The notes: generated by a model from the sequence alone, not told the origin. A DNA stretch of 64,000 nucleotides from Muribaculaceae bacterium (GCA_017505535.1 JAFVPD010000016.1:192-64191); one strand, 5' to 3'; positions 28,368-38,666 are shown, numbered from the stretch's first letter. Numbers and translations are program-made.

Positions 28368-30980
28368 TTAGAATTCTTGACCAAGAATGAAGTGGAAATG
28401 ACTTCCTCCTTTTGTTCCATATACTTCGTCAAAACCGTAGGCCCAGTCAATACCCATCATACCCACCATTGGAAGATAGATGCGTACACCGGCACCTGCG
28501 CTTCGTTTCATATTGAATGGTGCAAAGTCTTTAACATCGGTCCAAGCATTACCACCTTCGGCAAATACGAGACCATAGATTGTTGTAGTAGGTTGCAACA
28601 TGAATGGGAAGTGAAGTTCCATACCCAAACGAGAGTAGGCATAACCTTCCTTACCCCATGGAGTGAACTGACCATTATCATAACCACGCAAACCGATTGT
28701 TTCGGTTGCATAGGTGTAACTTCCTGTCATACCATCACCACCCACATAGAATGTTTCAAATGGAGATTTCAACCATTTGTTATAGCTACCCAACAAACCA
28801 AAGTCGGCGCGAGTCATGAATACCAATGTCCATTGTCCGTCGGGATCAGATAGCGGAGTATATGTGCGTGATTTAAATTTAAGTTTCCAATATTCGATCC
28901 AATTATACAATTCTTTCTTGGATTGTTCGGTATTTGATTTATACAACGCCTCCCAATTTTTATTTGAGAAGAGTGACACCGGAGGAGTGAGGTGCAAGCT
29001 CAATGAGAACATACTACCACTACGTGTGTATAAGGGGTTGTCAATACTGTTACGCGCAAGAGTCAAACCAAGCACAACCGAGTTGGACGTACCATTGTTC
29101 ATGTAATAGAGATATTCCCAATTTTTGAGGTAATACCAGTTGTAGGATAGTTCGGCAGTAAATGTAAACCAGTCATCGGGCCAATCAAGACGCTTACCAA
29201 ATCCTACTGTAACGCCGGCCATTTGCAAAAGTTTATTTGGGTCGTAGGCATTTTCGATGCTTGATTGGTAATAGTCTGAGCCATAACCATAGCTTGAGCC
29301 GTAACCATAGTAGTTATAATAGTTTGACCAGTTGCTATTATAGTAAGATGAGTTCACACCGGTTTGGCGGCTATAATAGGCCGATACAGAGAGTGAATTG
29401 GGGCGTTTTCCTCCAAACCATGGGTCAAGGAACGATACGCTATAGGCTTGATAATATCGAGCATTGGTCTGAGCACTGATTGTGAATGTTTGTCCTTCAC
29501 CTTGAGGAATCAAACCTTTATAAGATCCTGGATTGAAAAGATTTTTGATTGAGAAGTTGGTAAATTTCAACGCAAGTTTACCAATCACACCCGTTTGTCC
29601 CCAACCGAGCGAGAACTCGATTTGGTCGTTTGCTTTTGATTCGAGATTAAGAGCAATATCAACCGTTCCGTTCTCTTCATTGGGATTGATGTCGGGTTGC
29701 ATATTTTCAGGGTTGAAGTGTCCTGTTTGGGCAATTTCACGCAATGAACGCATGAGGTCGTTTTTACTGAACAACTCACCGGGGCGAATGCGCAACTCAC
29801 GACGAACACATTTTTCATACAAGCGGTCGTTACCATTGATTACCACGCGGTTAATGCGAGCTTGAGGACCTTCAAACATGCGCATTTCCAAATCGATCGA
29901 GTCTCCAACAATGTTCTTTTCAATGGGCACAAGTTGATAGAACAAATAACCTCTGTTCATGTAGAAATTTGAGATAGCGTCATCATCTTCAAGAGTGCGC
30001 TCATTGAGGAGTTTTTGGTTATAAACTTCTCCGGGAGAAATTCCGAGGAAATTATTAAGGTCGTTTGTTGTGAAAATTGTGTTCCCAACCCACTCTATAT
30101 CACGAATATAGTATTTTTTACCTTCTTCAAGAGAAATATATACGTCAACCGTTTTGTCGTCATATTTCACAACGCTATCGGCAAGGATTTTAGCATCGCG
30201 ATAACCCTTTTCATTGTACTTGTTTATGATGCGCTTAAGGTCATCTTGATAATCATTCTCAACAAATTTCTTTTGACGGAAAAGATTGGTGATCTTACCT
30301 TTCTCATTTGTTTTTTTCATTACGCGTTGTATCTGACCATCGGTCATTACTTCATTTCCATCAATATAAATTTTGTGGACTTTTATCTTGTCGTGTTTAT
30401 CAACTTTTATATCAACAATCACCTCATTTTGATGTGAGAGGTCGTCGTGCAATTCAATTTTAGCTTCAGCATTTTTAAAACCTTTATCCCCAAAATATTT
30501 TTCAATGATTGCGATTGCTCGGTTCACAATGTTTTGAGTAATTTGGTTTCCTTTCATCAATTGCAAGCGTTCTTGAAGGTCTTCTTTTTCACCTTTTTTC
30601 ACGCCATAGTAATTGATTGACGCAATGCGAGGTTGTTGACGCAAAGCATATTCCAACCACACTTTATCACCGAGTATTTTTTCAACTTTAATTTGCACAT
30701 TGGAGAACAAACCTTGTCGCCAAAAACGTTTAGCAGCATCATTAATCTCTTCGCCCGGCACTTGAATGCGATCGCCAATTTTCAATCCGGAATACCCGAT
30801 TATGATATGATCCTCATAATTATCGGCGCCGGAAACTTTTATACCGGCAATTTCATAGGAACGAGGCATTCCAGTAAAAACGACATTCGGGTTATAGATA
30901 GTGTCGGTTTGTGCTTGCGCTTGGGCCGATGCACAATAGGCTAGAATTAATGTTATCAGTGATAGTAGCTTATATCGCAT
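28368..30980 (-). CDS. bamA: Outer membrane protein assembly factor BamA
   Basis: 870 aa with a signal peptide, POTRA repeats and an Omp85 barrel ending in ...GQEF. Flanked by uppS and the OmpH genes. Confidence 0.93.
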   Translation of the reverse strand: MRYKLLSLITLILAYCASAQAQAQTDTIYNPNVVFTGMPRSYEIAGIKVSGADNYEDHIIIGYSGLKIGDRIQVPGEEINDAAKRFWRQGLFSNVQIKVEKILGDKVWLEYALRQQPRIASINYYGVKKGEKEDLQERLQLMKGNQITQNIVNRAIAIIEKYFGDKGFKNAEAKIELHDDLSHQNEVIVDIKVDKHDKIKVHKIYIDGNEVMTDGQIQRVMKKTNEKGKITNLFRQKKFVENDYQDDLKRIINKYNEKGYRDAKILADSVVKYDDKTVDVYISLEEGKKYYIRDIEWVGNTIFTTNDLNNFLGISPGEVYNQKLLNERTLEDDDAISNFYMNRGYLFYQLVPIEKNIVGDSIDLEMRMFEGPQARINRVVINGNDRLYEKCVRRELRIRPGELFSKNDLMRSLREIAQTGHFNPENMQPDINPNEENGTVDIALNLESKANDQIEFSLGWGQTGVIGKLALKFTNFSIKNLFNPGSYKGLIPQGEGQTFTISAQTNARYYQAYSVSFLDPWFGGKRPNSLSVSAYYSRQTGVNSSYYNSNWSNYYNYYGYGSSYGYGSDYYQSSIENAYDPNKLLQMAGVTVGFGKRLDWPDDWFTFTAELSYNWYYLKNWEYLYYMNNGTSNSVVLGLTLARNSIDNPLYTRSGSMFSLSLHLTPPVSLFSNKNWEALYKSNTEQSKKELYNWIEYWKLKFKSRTYTPLSDPDGQWTLVFMTRADFGLLGSYNKWLKSPFETFYVGGDGMTGSYTYATETIGLRGYDNGQFTPWGKEGYAYSRLGMELHFPFMLQPTTTIYGLVFAEGGNAWTDVKDFAPFNMKRSAGAGVRIYLPMVGMMGIDWAYGFDEVYGTKGGSHFHFILGQEF

Positions 30981-31011
30981 AATGTTATAGATTGGTCGGA
31001 ATTATATATCG

Positions 31012-31758
31012 TTAGTTTTTTGTTAACTGTTCACTTGTTTTTCCAAAGCGACGTTCTCGTTTTTGGAAATCGTAAATCGCTTGGCAAAAATCCTCTTTTG
31101 AGAAATCGGGCCAATATGTATCGGTCACAAATATCTCAGAATAAGCGATTTGCCATAGCAAGAAATTGCTCACTCTCATATCACCACCGGTGCGTATCAA
31201 CAAATCGGGGTCGGGCATTGAAGCCGTAGCCAAATGTTGAGCAACTACATCGTCGGTTATCTCTTGCGGGAGAAGTTTTCCACATGAAACGTCATTGGCA
31301 ATGTTGCGACAAGCTTGGGTAATTTCCCATCGAGAAGAATAGCTTATTGCAAGGCACAATGTGAGTCCTGTACAATGAGATGTATTTGCCATGCACTGTT
31401 GCAATCGGCTCAATGCCTCAGCCGGCATACGACTGAAGTCGCCTATCATTGTGAGACGCACATTATTTTTAATCAAATCGGGAGTTTCTCTTTCTATTGC
31501 AGTAACAACCAAATGCATCAAAATATCAACCTCTTGCTGAGGACGATTCCAATTTTCGGTTGAGAATGTATATAGAGTGAGATATTTTACGCCCAATTCT
31601 GATGCTATTTCTGTGATTTTTCGCACCGTATTTACCCCTTCGACATGTCCGGCACTACGCTCCAGCCCTTGAGCCTTAGCCCAACGACCATTCCCGTCCA
31701 TTATCACAGCGACATGGGTGGGGACACGCAATTTGTCTATTTTATCGAAAAGAGTCAT
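31012..31758 (-). CDS. uppS: Isoprenyl transferase (undecaprenyl diphosphate synthase)
   Basis: 248 aa with the DGNGRWA motif and the ERRFG C-terminal motif. Confidence 0.93.
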   Translation of the reverse strand: MTLFDKIDKLRVPTHVAVIMDGNGRWAKAQGLERSAGHVEGVNTVRKITEIASELGVKYLTLYTFSTENWNRPQQEVDILMHLVVTAIERETPDLIKNNVRLTMIGDFSRMPAEALSRLQQCMANTSHCTGLTLCLAISYSSRWEITQACRNIANDVSCGKLLPQEITDDVVAQHLATASMPDPDLLIRTGGDMRVSNFLLWQIAYSEIFVTDTYWPDFSKEDFCQAIYDFQKRERRFGKTSEQLTKN

Positions 31759-31773
31759 TTCCTAATTTCGTTT

Positions 31774-32463
31774 TTAATCTACATAATGGCAAGTTTCACA
31801 TCTCTCGCCAAACTCATATGTAACCGAGAACATTACCGCCGAATACCAATCGGTATTCTTGAGCATTGAACTCTTTATTTGATACATATCTTGTAAATGT
31901 TTGGAATCTACTTGATCGCCAAACACTTTTGTCATTGAAAACTCAAGGCCCAAATTCAAGCGCTCACGCAATTTGTATTTTACGCCAAATGCCATGGGTA
32001 TATTCATGGCAAATGCAGTTGAGCCATCGCTTGAGGCCATTGTTGCACCAATGCCAAGGGCTAAATAGGGTGACCAACGGCGCAGTTTTTTATAGGTCTC
32101 TCCCACTCCATATCCAAAGAAGTTGAATTCACCTCTCACACCAAGGTCATAGGCCCATGATTTGAACTCATAGCTTTCGCCGGTTGGAAACACTATGTCA
32201 TAATCGGCACTGTTCCCGCTCAACGACACAGCATTAAGCAATGCTCGCACAGCCCAGCGAGTGTCAATAATATAGCGGAATGAGAGTCCGGCTGCTACTC
32301 CGGGATGTTTGAAGAGATTACTCTCATTTACATCACCCAAATATCCGCTCATGCCCACTCCCGCGCCTATGTCAAATTTATATTTAGCTTCCTGAGCATT
32401 TGCCGGCATCACGCTTGACACCAGCGATATAGTCATAATAATCGCTATCAACGTCTTTCTCAT
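31774..32463 (-). CDS. Small outer-membrane beta-barrel protein (DUF6089-like)
   Basis: ORF trimmed to MRKTLIAIIMTISLVSSVMPANAQE. Shows alternating beta-strand patterning. The family name is from memory. Confidence 0.6.
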   Translation of the reverse strand: MRKTLIAIIMTISLVSSVMPANAQEAKYKFDIGAGVGMSGYLGDVNESNLFKHPGVAAGLSFRYIIDTRWAVRALLNAVSLSGNSADYDIVFPTGESYEFKSWAYDLGVRGEFNFFGYGVGETYKKLRRWSPYLALGIGATMASSDGSTAFAMNIPMAFGVKYKLRERLNLGLEFSMTKVFGDQVDSKHLQDMYQIKSSMLKNTDWYSAVMFSVTYEFGERCETCHYVD

Positions 32464-32522
32464 AAATCCATTTTTTGAATGATACATTATAAAAACGACT
32501 TTTTGCGATTAATTATTGCACA

Positions 32523-34025
32523 TTAATATATAGGACGGAATGATAGTCTATTCACTACTCCTCTCCACACTGTGTTATAGGTGCCACCCGATTCTCCTAC
32601 ACCTCCGAATAGATATATATAGGGGCATTCCCATTCATTTATTTCGGCTGTAACGCGTGACATTAGGTCGTCATTAACAAACAGCCAATTAGGCAATTTC
32701 TTTGATTCAAATTCTTCCCAACAAGTTGATGCACTTGCTCGTGATAGGATTGAGCTATACACCAATGCTTGAGCATTTTTACGAGCCGGGATATAGTCGG
32801 GCAATTGCAACAAATCATCAGCAAGAGACCAATGCAATCCCTGATCCAATGACACATACACACCCTTGCTTAAACTTCCGTCCTCGGCTTCACCAAACAT
32901 AGCAAACAATGTTGAGTATTGTTTAGTAATCCACCTTGACGCACTTGTTTTGAACGAGAAATAGGGCACAATAGTCATGTTTTGACGTGCAGGCAAGTCA
33001 CCTTTGTTGATACATGCCCATGTATCGCCATCAAATGCCCATGTATCACCCACGATGCGACCATCTCTACATTTACCTCCAACGATTATAGCTTGAGGCA
33101 AATCGCTCCATTTGGACTCAAACACCAACATTTGGCTTGTACCTGATATAGGGAAATTTTCTTCGATTGGTGTTTCAATAGTTGAGGGATATGTTACATG
33201 ATAATAGATGCCATCTTTATTTACCACTCCCAACAACGAAGAACGATAACCGCCATAAATATGACTCCATGCTACATTACAAGATGTCCACTGAGTTCCT
33301 TCGGAAGATGTATATAAATTTCCATCAACATCAAGCATATATAGAGCATCTTCGGTTGCTGTTAGAGACAATATCTGAGGATTAAAATCAAACTCAATCA
33401 ATTGTTTCTTCCAATCGTCATTAGCAGGATTGTCGGTAACAGCAAGACAATATTTGCTCTTATCTGATGTCAAGCAAAATGCTTGTCCTTTATATTCAAC
33501 CGTTTTTTGTTGTGCAGGGATAAACATTGACGGAAGTTGACGACGTGCCACTCTGTTCCAATACAATGAGTCGGGCTTCATTTGATGCACATTAACTGTG
33601 ATTGTATAGTCACGTGATTCTTGTAAATCAAGCGAAACAATATGAAGTTTCACCGGCCCATTGCTGAAATTTATACTGTCGGTAGAGTTTTCAAGATAGC
33701 TTATTGTCGTATCTGATTGATTTTTACGAGGTATAATCAAATCGCAAGCCGAGCACCCATCGGTTGTTATGTTTAGAATGAGTTTACGAACATCAGTGCC
33801 ATAGGGCAACGAATCGGCATTGTAAATCAATGCATTAACAAGGTCTATTGAGAAATAAACCGAGTCAAGATTCTCAAGCACATCGTCATCTTCGGCAAGT
33901 GAAAATGCAGTTACCGCTGTGCTTGATGCACTTGTTGTAACTATCTCTGCATCTGAGTCATTACACGACACGACACCAACCAGTGCCACTGCCATTAACA
34001 TATATAAAGCAAATTTCTTCATCAT
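32523..34025 (-). CDS. Hypothetical lipoprotein (DUF6242-like, beta-propeller-like C-terminal half)
   Basis: ORF trimmed to MMKKFALYMLMAVALVGVVSC (lipobox). The -7 box at 34047-34054 lies inside the longer ORF-track extension. Confidence 0.6.
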   Translation of the reverse strand: MMKKFALYMLMAVALVGVVSCNDSDAEIVTTSASSTAVTAFSLAEDDDVLENLDSVYFSIDLVNALIYNADSLPYGTDVRKLILNITTDGCSACDLIIPRKNQSDTTISYLENSTDSINFSNGPVKLHIVSLDLQESRDYTITVNVHQMKPDSLYWNRVARRQLPSMFIPAQQKTVEYKGQAFCLTSDKSKYCLAVTDNPANDDWKKQLIEFDFNPQILSLTATEDALYMLDVDGNLYTSSEGTQWTSCNVAWSHIYGGYRSSLLGVVNKDGIYYHVTYPSTIETPIEENFPISGTSQMLVFESKWSDLPQAIIVGGKCRDGRIVGDTWAFDGDTWACINKGDLPARQNMTIVPYFSFKTSASRWITKQYSTLFAMFGEAEDGSLSKGVYVSLDQGLHWSLADDLLQLPDYIPARKNAQALVYSSILSRASASTCWEEFESKKLPNWLFVNDDLMSRVTAEINEWECPYIYLFGGVGESGGTYNTVWRGVVNRLSFRPIY

Positions 34026-34046
34026 AAGATATAATTTTACAAGTTG

Positions 34047-34054
34047 CAAAGTTA
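34047..34054 (-). promoter_or_regulatory. -7 box (TAACTTTG)
   Basis: The reverse complement of CAAAGTTA matches TAnnTTTG, 22 nt upstream of the ATG at 34025. Confidence 0.45.
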
Positions 34055-34157
34055 ACAACAATTTCAATAATATGACTTACCGATTGTGCTAAAATTGGTA
34101 TAAACCGAGGGAATATTTACTAAACAACGTTACAATTGCCCCAACAATGCATCATTA

Positions 34158-35207
34158 TCATGCTTTATCGGGGAAATAAAACTCAATTTTATTCCCATCT
34201 ATCATTTTTATATCTCTCGGAGATATATTAAGCGATGGAGCCACACATCGACCCGATTGATTTAGATCAAAAGGTGCAGTTTCAACTCTTGCGACATCCC
34301 ACACGCCACAATCAACAAATGATTTTAATAACGTTGCACCACCTTCAACCAACAATGATGTAATGCCATGCTCATATAGTTTGTGCAACCATGACTCAAT
34401 CGGCTCATCGCCATCAATCTCTATCCACTCCACAAGATTGGCACATCTTGTATCACACTTAGATGCTAAATACATCGGGCGATTAAATTGGAGTTCCTTT
34501 ATCAGTTCAGTGACACGATTGCGACGATCAACTATCACAACCCTCGGGCTACGACCGCCCCACAATCGAGTGTTGAGTTTGGGTCTATCGACGATAATCG
34601 TATTAGATCCAACCATAATCGCATCACATTGTGCGCGCAATTGATGCACAAGCATTGACGTGAGTGGCGTTGAAAAACGTTTAGCATTAGCATCTCTACT
34701 CCTCTCGTGGTCCATAAAACCATCTTTACTCTGCGCCCACTTCAATATCACATAGGGTCGGCGCAACTTATGGGCCGTAAAAAATCGCACATTCAACTGC
34801 TCACACTCTTGTTTTAATACCCCCACCTCAACTTCAACACCGGCGTCACGCAACATCTGCACACCACGGCCACTCACCTTTTCAAAAGGGTCGAGACAGC
34901 CCACAACCACACGTTTTATTCCGCTTTGAATAATGAGATTGGCACAAGGAGGAGTCTTTCCATAATGAGAACATGGCTCCAACGTAACATACATTGTACT
35001 ATCACACAAGCCGTCACGATTCTTGACCGAAGCCACAGCATTAACCTCGGCATGTCCCTCTCCGCAGCATCTGTGATATCCTTCTCCAATGATTTTCCCG
35101 GCAGCATCTACGATGACAGCCCCAACCATGGGATTGGGCGAGGCATTATATCGTCCAATAGCTGCAAGCTGGAGCGCACGGCTCATATATTGAGGATTGA
35201 TATCCAT
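34158..35207 (-). CDS. ribD: Bifunctional riboflavin biosynthesis deaminase/reductase
   Basis: 349 aa with the CMP/dCMP deaminase zinc motifs HAEVNA and PCSHYGKTPPC, plus a C-terminal reductase domain. Confidence 0.93.
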   Translation of the reverse strand: MDINPQYMSRALQLAAIGRYNASPNPMVGAVIVDAAGKIIGEGYHRCCGEGHAEVNAVASVKNRDGLCDSTMYVTLEPCSHYGKTPPCANLIIQSGIKRVVVGCLDPFEKVSGRGVQMLRDAGVEVEVGVLKQECEQLNVRFFTAHKLRRPYVILKWAQSKDGFMDHERSRDANAKRFSTPLTSMLVHQLRAQCDAIMVGSNTIIVDRPKLNTRLWGGRSPRVVIVDRRNRVTELIKELQFNRPMYLASKCDTRCANLVEWIEIDGDEPIESWLHKLYEHGITSLLVEGGATLLKSFVDCGVWDVARVETAPFDLNQSGRCVAPSLNISPRDIKMIDGNKIEFYFPDKA

Positions 35208-35224
35208 AACTATTTCTTTATCTT

Positions 35225-35266
35225 AAAAAAATAAAAGTCCTCAAAATCATTTGATAATGAGGACTT
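35225..35266 (-). terminator. Terminator after tRNA-Leu(TAA)
   Basis: On the minus strand, AAGTCCTCA...TGAGGACTT forms a 9-bp stem followed by TTTTATTTTTTTT. Confidence 0.85.
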
Positions 35267-35283
35267 GTGGCATTTTTCGAGAG

Positions 35284-35367
35284 TACTCGAAGCGGGACTC
35301 GAACCCGCACAGCCGCAATGGCCAAAGGATTTTAAGTCCTTCGTGTCTACCATTCCACCATTCGAGC
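35284..35367 (-). tRNA. tRNA-Leu (anticodon TAA)
   Basis: 84 nt. Cloverleaf by eye: anticodon stem AAGGA/TCCTT with loop CTTAAAA, a long variable arm, and T arm GCGGG-TTCGAGT-CCCGC. The acceptor stem has one G-U pair. CCA is not encoded. Confidence 0.85.
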
Positions 35368-35448
35368 AACCTTAGCGCCATAAGGCGAAATGCGGTGCAA
35401 ATTTACAATGAAGTTTCGGATTATGCAAGAGTATTTGCCGTTATTTTA

Positions 35449-35946
35449 TCAACGAACGATAACATAACCATTTGAAGAGGTCAAAATAACACGATATTGA
35501 GTCATACCATAATTACGATTCAATGCCTCTCCCGAAATAGGACGTCCATTACCCTCATATACATCATAACGTGATTTACATTTTGGGCAATAGGCCTCTA
35601 ATGAGCTCTTATCTATAATCACCCTTGTATCGTGACGTGATTCTACGGGGCATGCCAAATCAAAAGCCAACGGCACGTTATAATTACCATTTGAGGCTCC
35701 ACTCAATAGTAGCACTCCCCCAAATCCGGTATAGGTCAATGCCGTATAAGCGAAATCGCTTGGAATGCGCTCCTGGCGTATGAAATAGCGAAAATCGCCA
35801 TACCCATGAACGCCGTATATGGGCCACAAAGCCTCCGAAATCTCAATATTTACCGATGCCGGAGGAATGCGTTCATCATTGACCGACTCACACGATGCCA
35901 ATAGCATCGCAACAATGGGGATAATCAGTAGTATATATTTTCTCAT
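35449..35946 (-). CDS. Hypothetical lipoprotein with a degenerate Rieske-like motif
   Basis: 165 aa with the lipobox LLASC. Contains CPVESRH...(14)...CPKCKSRYD...GRPISGEA. Its ATG overlaps the argH stop codon (ATGA). Confidence 0.65.
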   Translation of the reverse strand: MRKYILLIIPIVAMLLASCESVNDERIPPASVNIEISEALWPIYGVHGYGDFRYFIRQERIPSDFAYTALTYTGFGGVLLLSGASNGNYNVPLAFDLACPVESRHDTRVIIDKSSLEAYCPKCKSRYDVYEGNGRPISGEALNRNYGMTQYRVILTSSNGYVIVR

Positions 35947-37286
35947 ACTCGGCCAAGGAGGGCATCAAAAGCATTATGATATTCGTGGAAACCAAACTGA
36001 GCCAATGTTTGTTCGTAGAGAGCTGTAATCTTGTCGTTACATAGATTTCCTATTGAGCCCTCATGAGTGTGGTTAACAGCTTTTTCTGAGACAAACTCGC
36101 CTCGCTCAATAGCCAATCCCACTTGTTTATATGCGTCGCGGAACGGCACTCCATCTTTAGCCATTTGATTTACCTTTTCAACCGAGAACATCAAGTCGTA
36201 GCGAGAGTCGTCAAGAATGTGCTCATTCACCTTAACTTGAGACACCATGGCTGTAACCATATCAAGCACCTCAATCAATTGGTCAAACGCCGGCAAGAAA
36301 TTCTCCTTAATCAACTGCAAGTCACGGAAATAACCCGACGGCAAGTTATTTGTGATGAGAGTTATTTCATAGGGCAAAGCCTGCAATTTATTGCATTTTG
36401 CACGAGTGAGTTCAAACACATCGGGATTCTTCTTATGAGGCATAATTGACGATCCGGTAGTGAACTCATCGGGAAGTTTTATGAACCCAAAATTTTGAGA
36501 ATTAAACATACATGCGTCAAATGCCAATTTCGACACCGTCGCAGCCACCGAAGCCATTGCTTGCGCTACTATTCGCTCGGTTTTTCCTCGACCCATTTGA
36601 GCATATACGACATTATAATCCATCGATCCAAAGCCCAGCAAACGAGTAGTCATTTCCCTATTTAACGGGAACGACGAGCCATATCCGGCAGCCGAGCCAA
36701 GTGGATTGCGATTTGTGATTTCATATGCAGCGCGCATGATTGTCAAGTCATCTGCCAAAGACTCGGCATAAGCGCCAAACCACAGTCCAAAAGACGAGGG
36801 CATCGCAACTTGCAAGTGGGTATATCCCGGCAACAGAATATTTTTATATTTTTCACTCTGGGCAATCAACGCATTAAACAATCTTGTCATTGCGTTGGTG
36901 AGGTCTTCAATGCGAGAGCGAATAAATAATTTCAAGTCAACAAGCACTTGGTCATTACGAGAACGTCCCGAATGGATTTTCTTTCCCACATCACCGAGCC
37001 TGCGAGTAAGCATCAATTCCACTTGAGAGTGAACGTCTTCAATTCCTTCTTCAATAACAAATTCACCACGCTCGGCAATCTCATAGATAGCACGCAACTC
37101 GTTGAGCAGAGTTTGAAGCTCTTGAGCCGAAAGCAATCCAATTGATTCAAGCATCGTAATGTGGGCCATAGACCCCAATATATCAAAAGGAGCTAAGTAT
37201 AAATCCATTTCACGATCTCGACCCACCGTATAAGTTTCTACGTCGTGGTCAACTGTGACATTTTTTTCCCAAAGTTTTGATGCCAT
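35943..37286 (-). CDS. argH: Argininosuccinate lyase
   Basis: 447 aa with the fumarate-lyase signature GSSIMPHKKNP. Confidence 0.95.
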   Translation of the reverse strand: MASKLWEKNVTVDHDVETYTVGRDREMDLYLAPFDILGSMAHITMLESIGLLSAQELQTLLNELRAIYEIAERGEFVIEEGIEDVHSQVELMLTRRLGDVGKKIHSGRSRNDQVLVDLKLFIRSRIEDLTNAMTRLFNALIAQSEKYKNILLPGYTHLQVAMPSSFGLWFGAYAESLADDLTIMRAAYEITNRNPLGSAAGYGSSFPLNREMTTRLLGFGSMDYNVVYAQMGRGKTERIVAQAMASVAATVSKLAFDACMFNSQNFGFIKLPDEFTTGSSIMPHKKNPDVFELTRAKCNKLQALPYEITLITNNLPSGYFRDLQLIKENFLPAFDQLIEVLDMVTAMVSQVKVNEHILDDSRYDLMFSVEKVNQMAKDGVPFRDAYKQVGLAIERGEFVSEKAVNHTHEGSIGNLCNDKITALYEQTLAQFGFHEYHNAFDALLGRV

Positions 37287-37313
37287 AATAAAATATTCTT
37301 GTCCCTATCGGGC

Positions 37314-37730
37314 TTAACTACAAATAGTGAGAATCAACTCATTAAATTTTTCGGCAGCTTCCTGCAATTTACCGCCTATCATTGGACGCAACATTGCCGG
37401 AATTTCAACATCGATAACACTTGCAACCTCTGTATCATTTTCAACACCTTTGAGATTTACTGCAAGGGTCAAAGGAATTGGCGATTTCGCTGCCGACAAA
37501 ACCATGCGTTCATTTTCTTTTCGTTCAACAACGTCAAATTGCAACTCGCCAACTTGTGGTGTCACCAATGTGATTGAATCATGAGAGAATCTCACGTCAC
37601 CAATCATCTTACGTTGTTCTTCGGGGATTGAGTCAATTCGCTCTTGAAATGATTCAATATTTGTGATGCGATTATACACATCACCCACTGAAGCCGACAC
37701 TCGAGCCGGCTTGCTTGAATATTTTGCCAT
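37314..37730 (-). CDS. SRPBCC (START/Bet v1-like) superfamily protein
   Basis: 138 aa. Called from size, composition and its position between pyrE and argH. The family call is from memory and is weak. Confidence 0.5.
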   Translation of the reverse strand: MAKYSSKPARVSASVGDVYNRITNIESFQERIDSIPEEQRKMIGDVRFSHDSITLVTPQVGELQFDVVERKENERMVLSAAKSPIPLTLAVNLKGVENDTEVASVIDVEIPAMLRPMIGGKLQEAAEKFNELILTICS

Positions 37731-37757
37731 CTGCTAATAGCTTATTTTTATAGAAAA

Positions 37758-38396
37758 TTATTTATTGGGATACCAGTTTGCCGGGTCCTTACGCCACTCT
37801 TTAAGAGTTTCAATGTCACCATCTTTTATATAACCCGAAACGAGCGCAGCCTCAAGCATTGAATTATAATTGCTGAGTGTGCACAATGTTACGTTGGCAT
37901 TCTTAAATGCTTCTTCAGCCACTGGGAAGCCATAGGTGAAGATTGCAGCCATACCAACAACTTCACAACCGGCATTGCGTATTGCTTCAACTGCTTTCAA
38001 ACTACTTCCTCCGGTAGAAATGAGGTCTTCGATAACCACAACCTTTTGACCTGGAAGGAGGTTTCCTTCAATGAGATTTTCAAGACCGTGATTTTTGGGA
38101 GTTGAGCGCACATATACATATGGCAAGCCAAGAGTATCGGCTACCAACGCACCTTGAGCAATTGCACCTGTTGCAACACCTGCAATAGCATCAACATCGG
38201 TAAAATTTTCCATTATCAAACGACACAACTCTACCTTGATAAAGCTGCGAATATCGGGATAAGATAATGTTTTGCGATTGTCGGTATATATCGGTGAATT
38301 CCAGCCAGAAGCCCACACAAATGGGATCTCAGGTTGGAGCTTGATAGCACTGATTTTCAATAGCTTCTCTGCTAATAGTTGATCCAATTTTTTCAT
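37758..38396 (-). CDS. pyrE: Orotate phosphoribosyltransferase
   Basis: 212 aa with the PRPP motif VVVIEDLISTGGS. Confidence 0.93.
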   Translation of the reverse strand: MKKLDQLLAEKLLKISAIKLQPEIPFVWASGWNSPIYTDNRKTLSYPDIRSFIKVELCRLIMENFTDVDAIAGVATGAIAQGALVADTLGLPYVYVRSTPKNHGLENLIEGNLLPGQKVVVIEDLISTGGSSLKAVEAIRNAGCEVVGMAAIFTYGFPVAEEAFKNANVTLCTLSNYNSMLEAALVSGYIKDGDIETLKEWRKDPANWYPNK

Positions 38397-38427
38397 ATTT
38401 GATAGGTATTATATTTTAATATTTCTG

Positions 38428-38435
38428 CAAAGATA
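38428..38435 (-). promoter_or_regulatory. -7 box (TATCTTTG) for pyrE
   Basis: The reverse complement of CAAAGATA matches TAnnTTTG, 32 nt upstream of the pyrE ATG and downstream of the terminator at 38482-38513. Confidence 0.5.
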
Positions 38436-38481
38436 GCACATTTAATTCATACTGCGTAATCGCAATGTAAAAAACCTTATT

Positions 38482-38666
38482 AAAAAAACAAGCGACCGGG
38501 GGAAGATCGCTTGCCTGTTAAGACCTCGTTTCACAACGAAAATCTTAACTATTGTCTACTTTTGTGCTTATTATGTTATTGTGATATGGGCATTTTTAAT
38601 GTAAACGGAGATAAAATATGGAAATCCACATTGCTCCATTTACCTAATTTATTCGGTGCAAATTTA
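38482..38666 (-). ncRNA. Candidate small transcript (sRNA or small-ORF mRNA) between the wzx-like gene and pyrE
   Basis: Has a -7 box TAAATTTG (38659-38666) and a 22-codon ORF (38571-38639). An interrupted 11-bp hairpin with a GTGA tetraloop lies at 38518-38548. An intrinsic terminator CAAGCGA...TCGCTTG plus T7 lies at 38482-38513. Confidence 0.4.

Noticed and set aside
35208-35283. FMN riboswitch upstream of ribD
   Set aside because: Only about 17 nt separate the tRNA-Leu terminator from the ribD ATG, which leaves no room for an aptamer. No conserved FMN-element sequence was seen.
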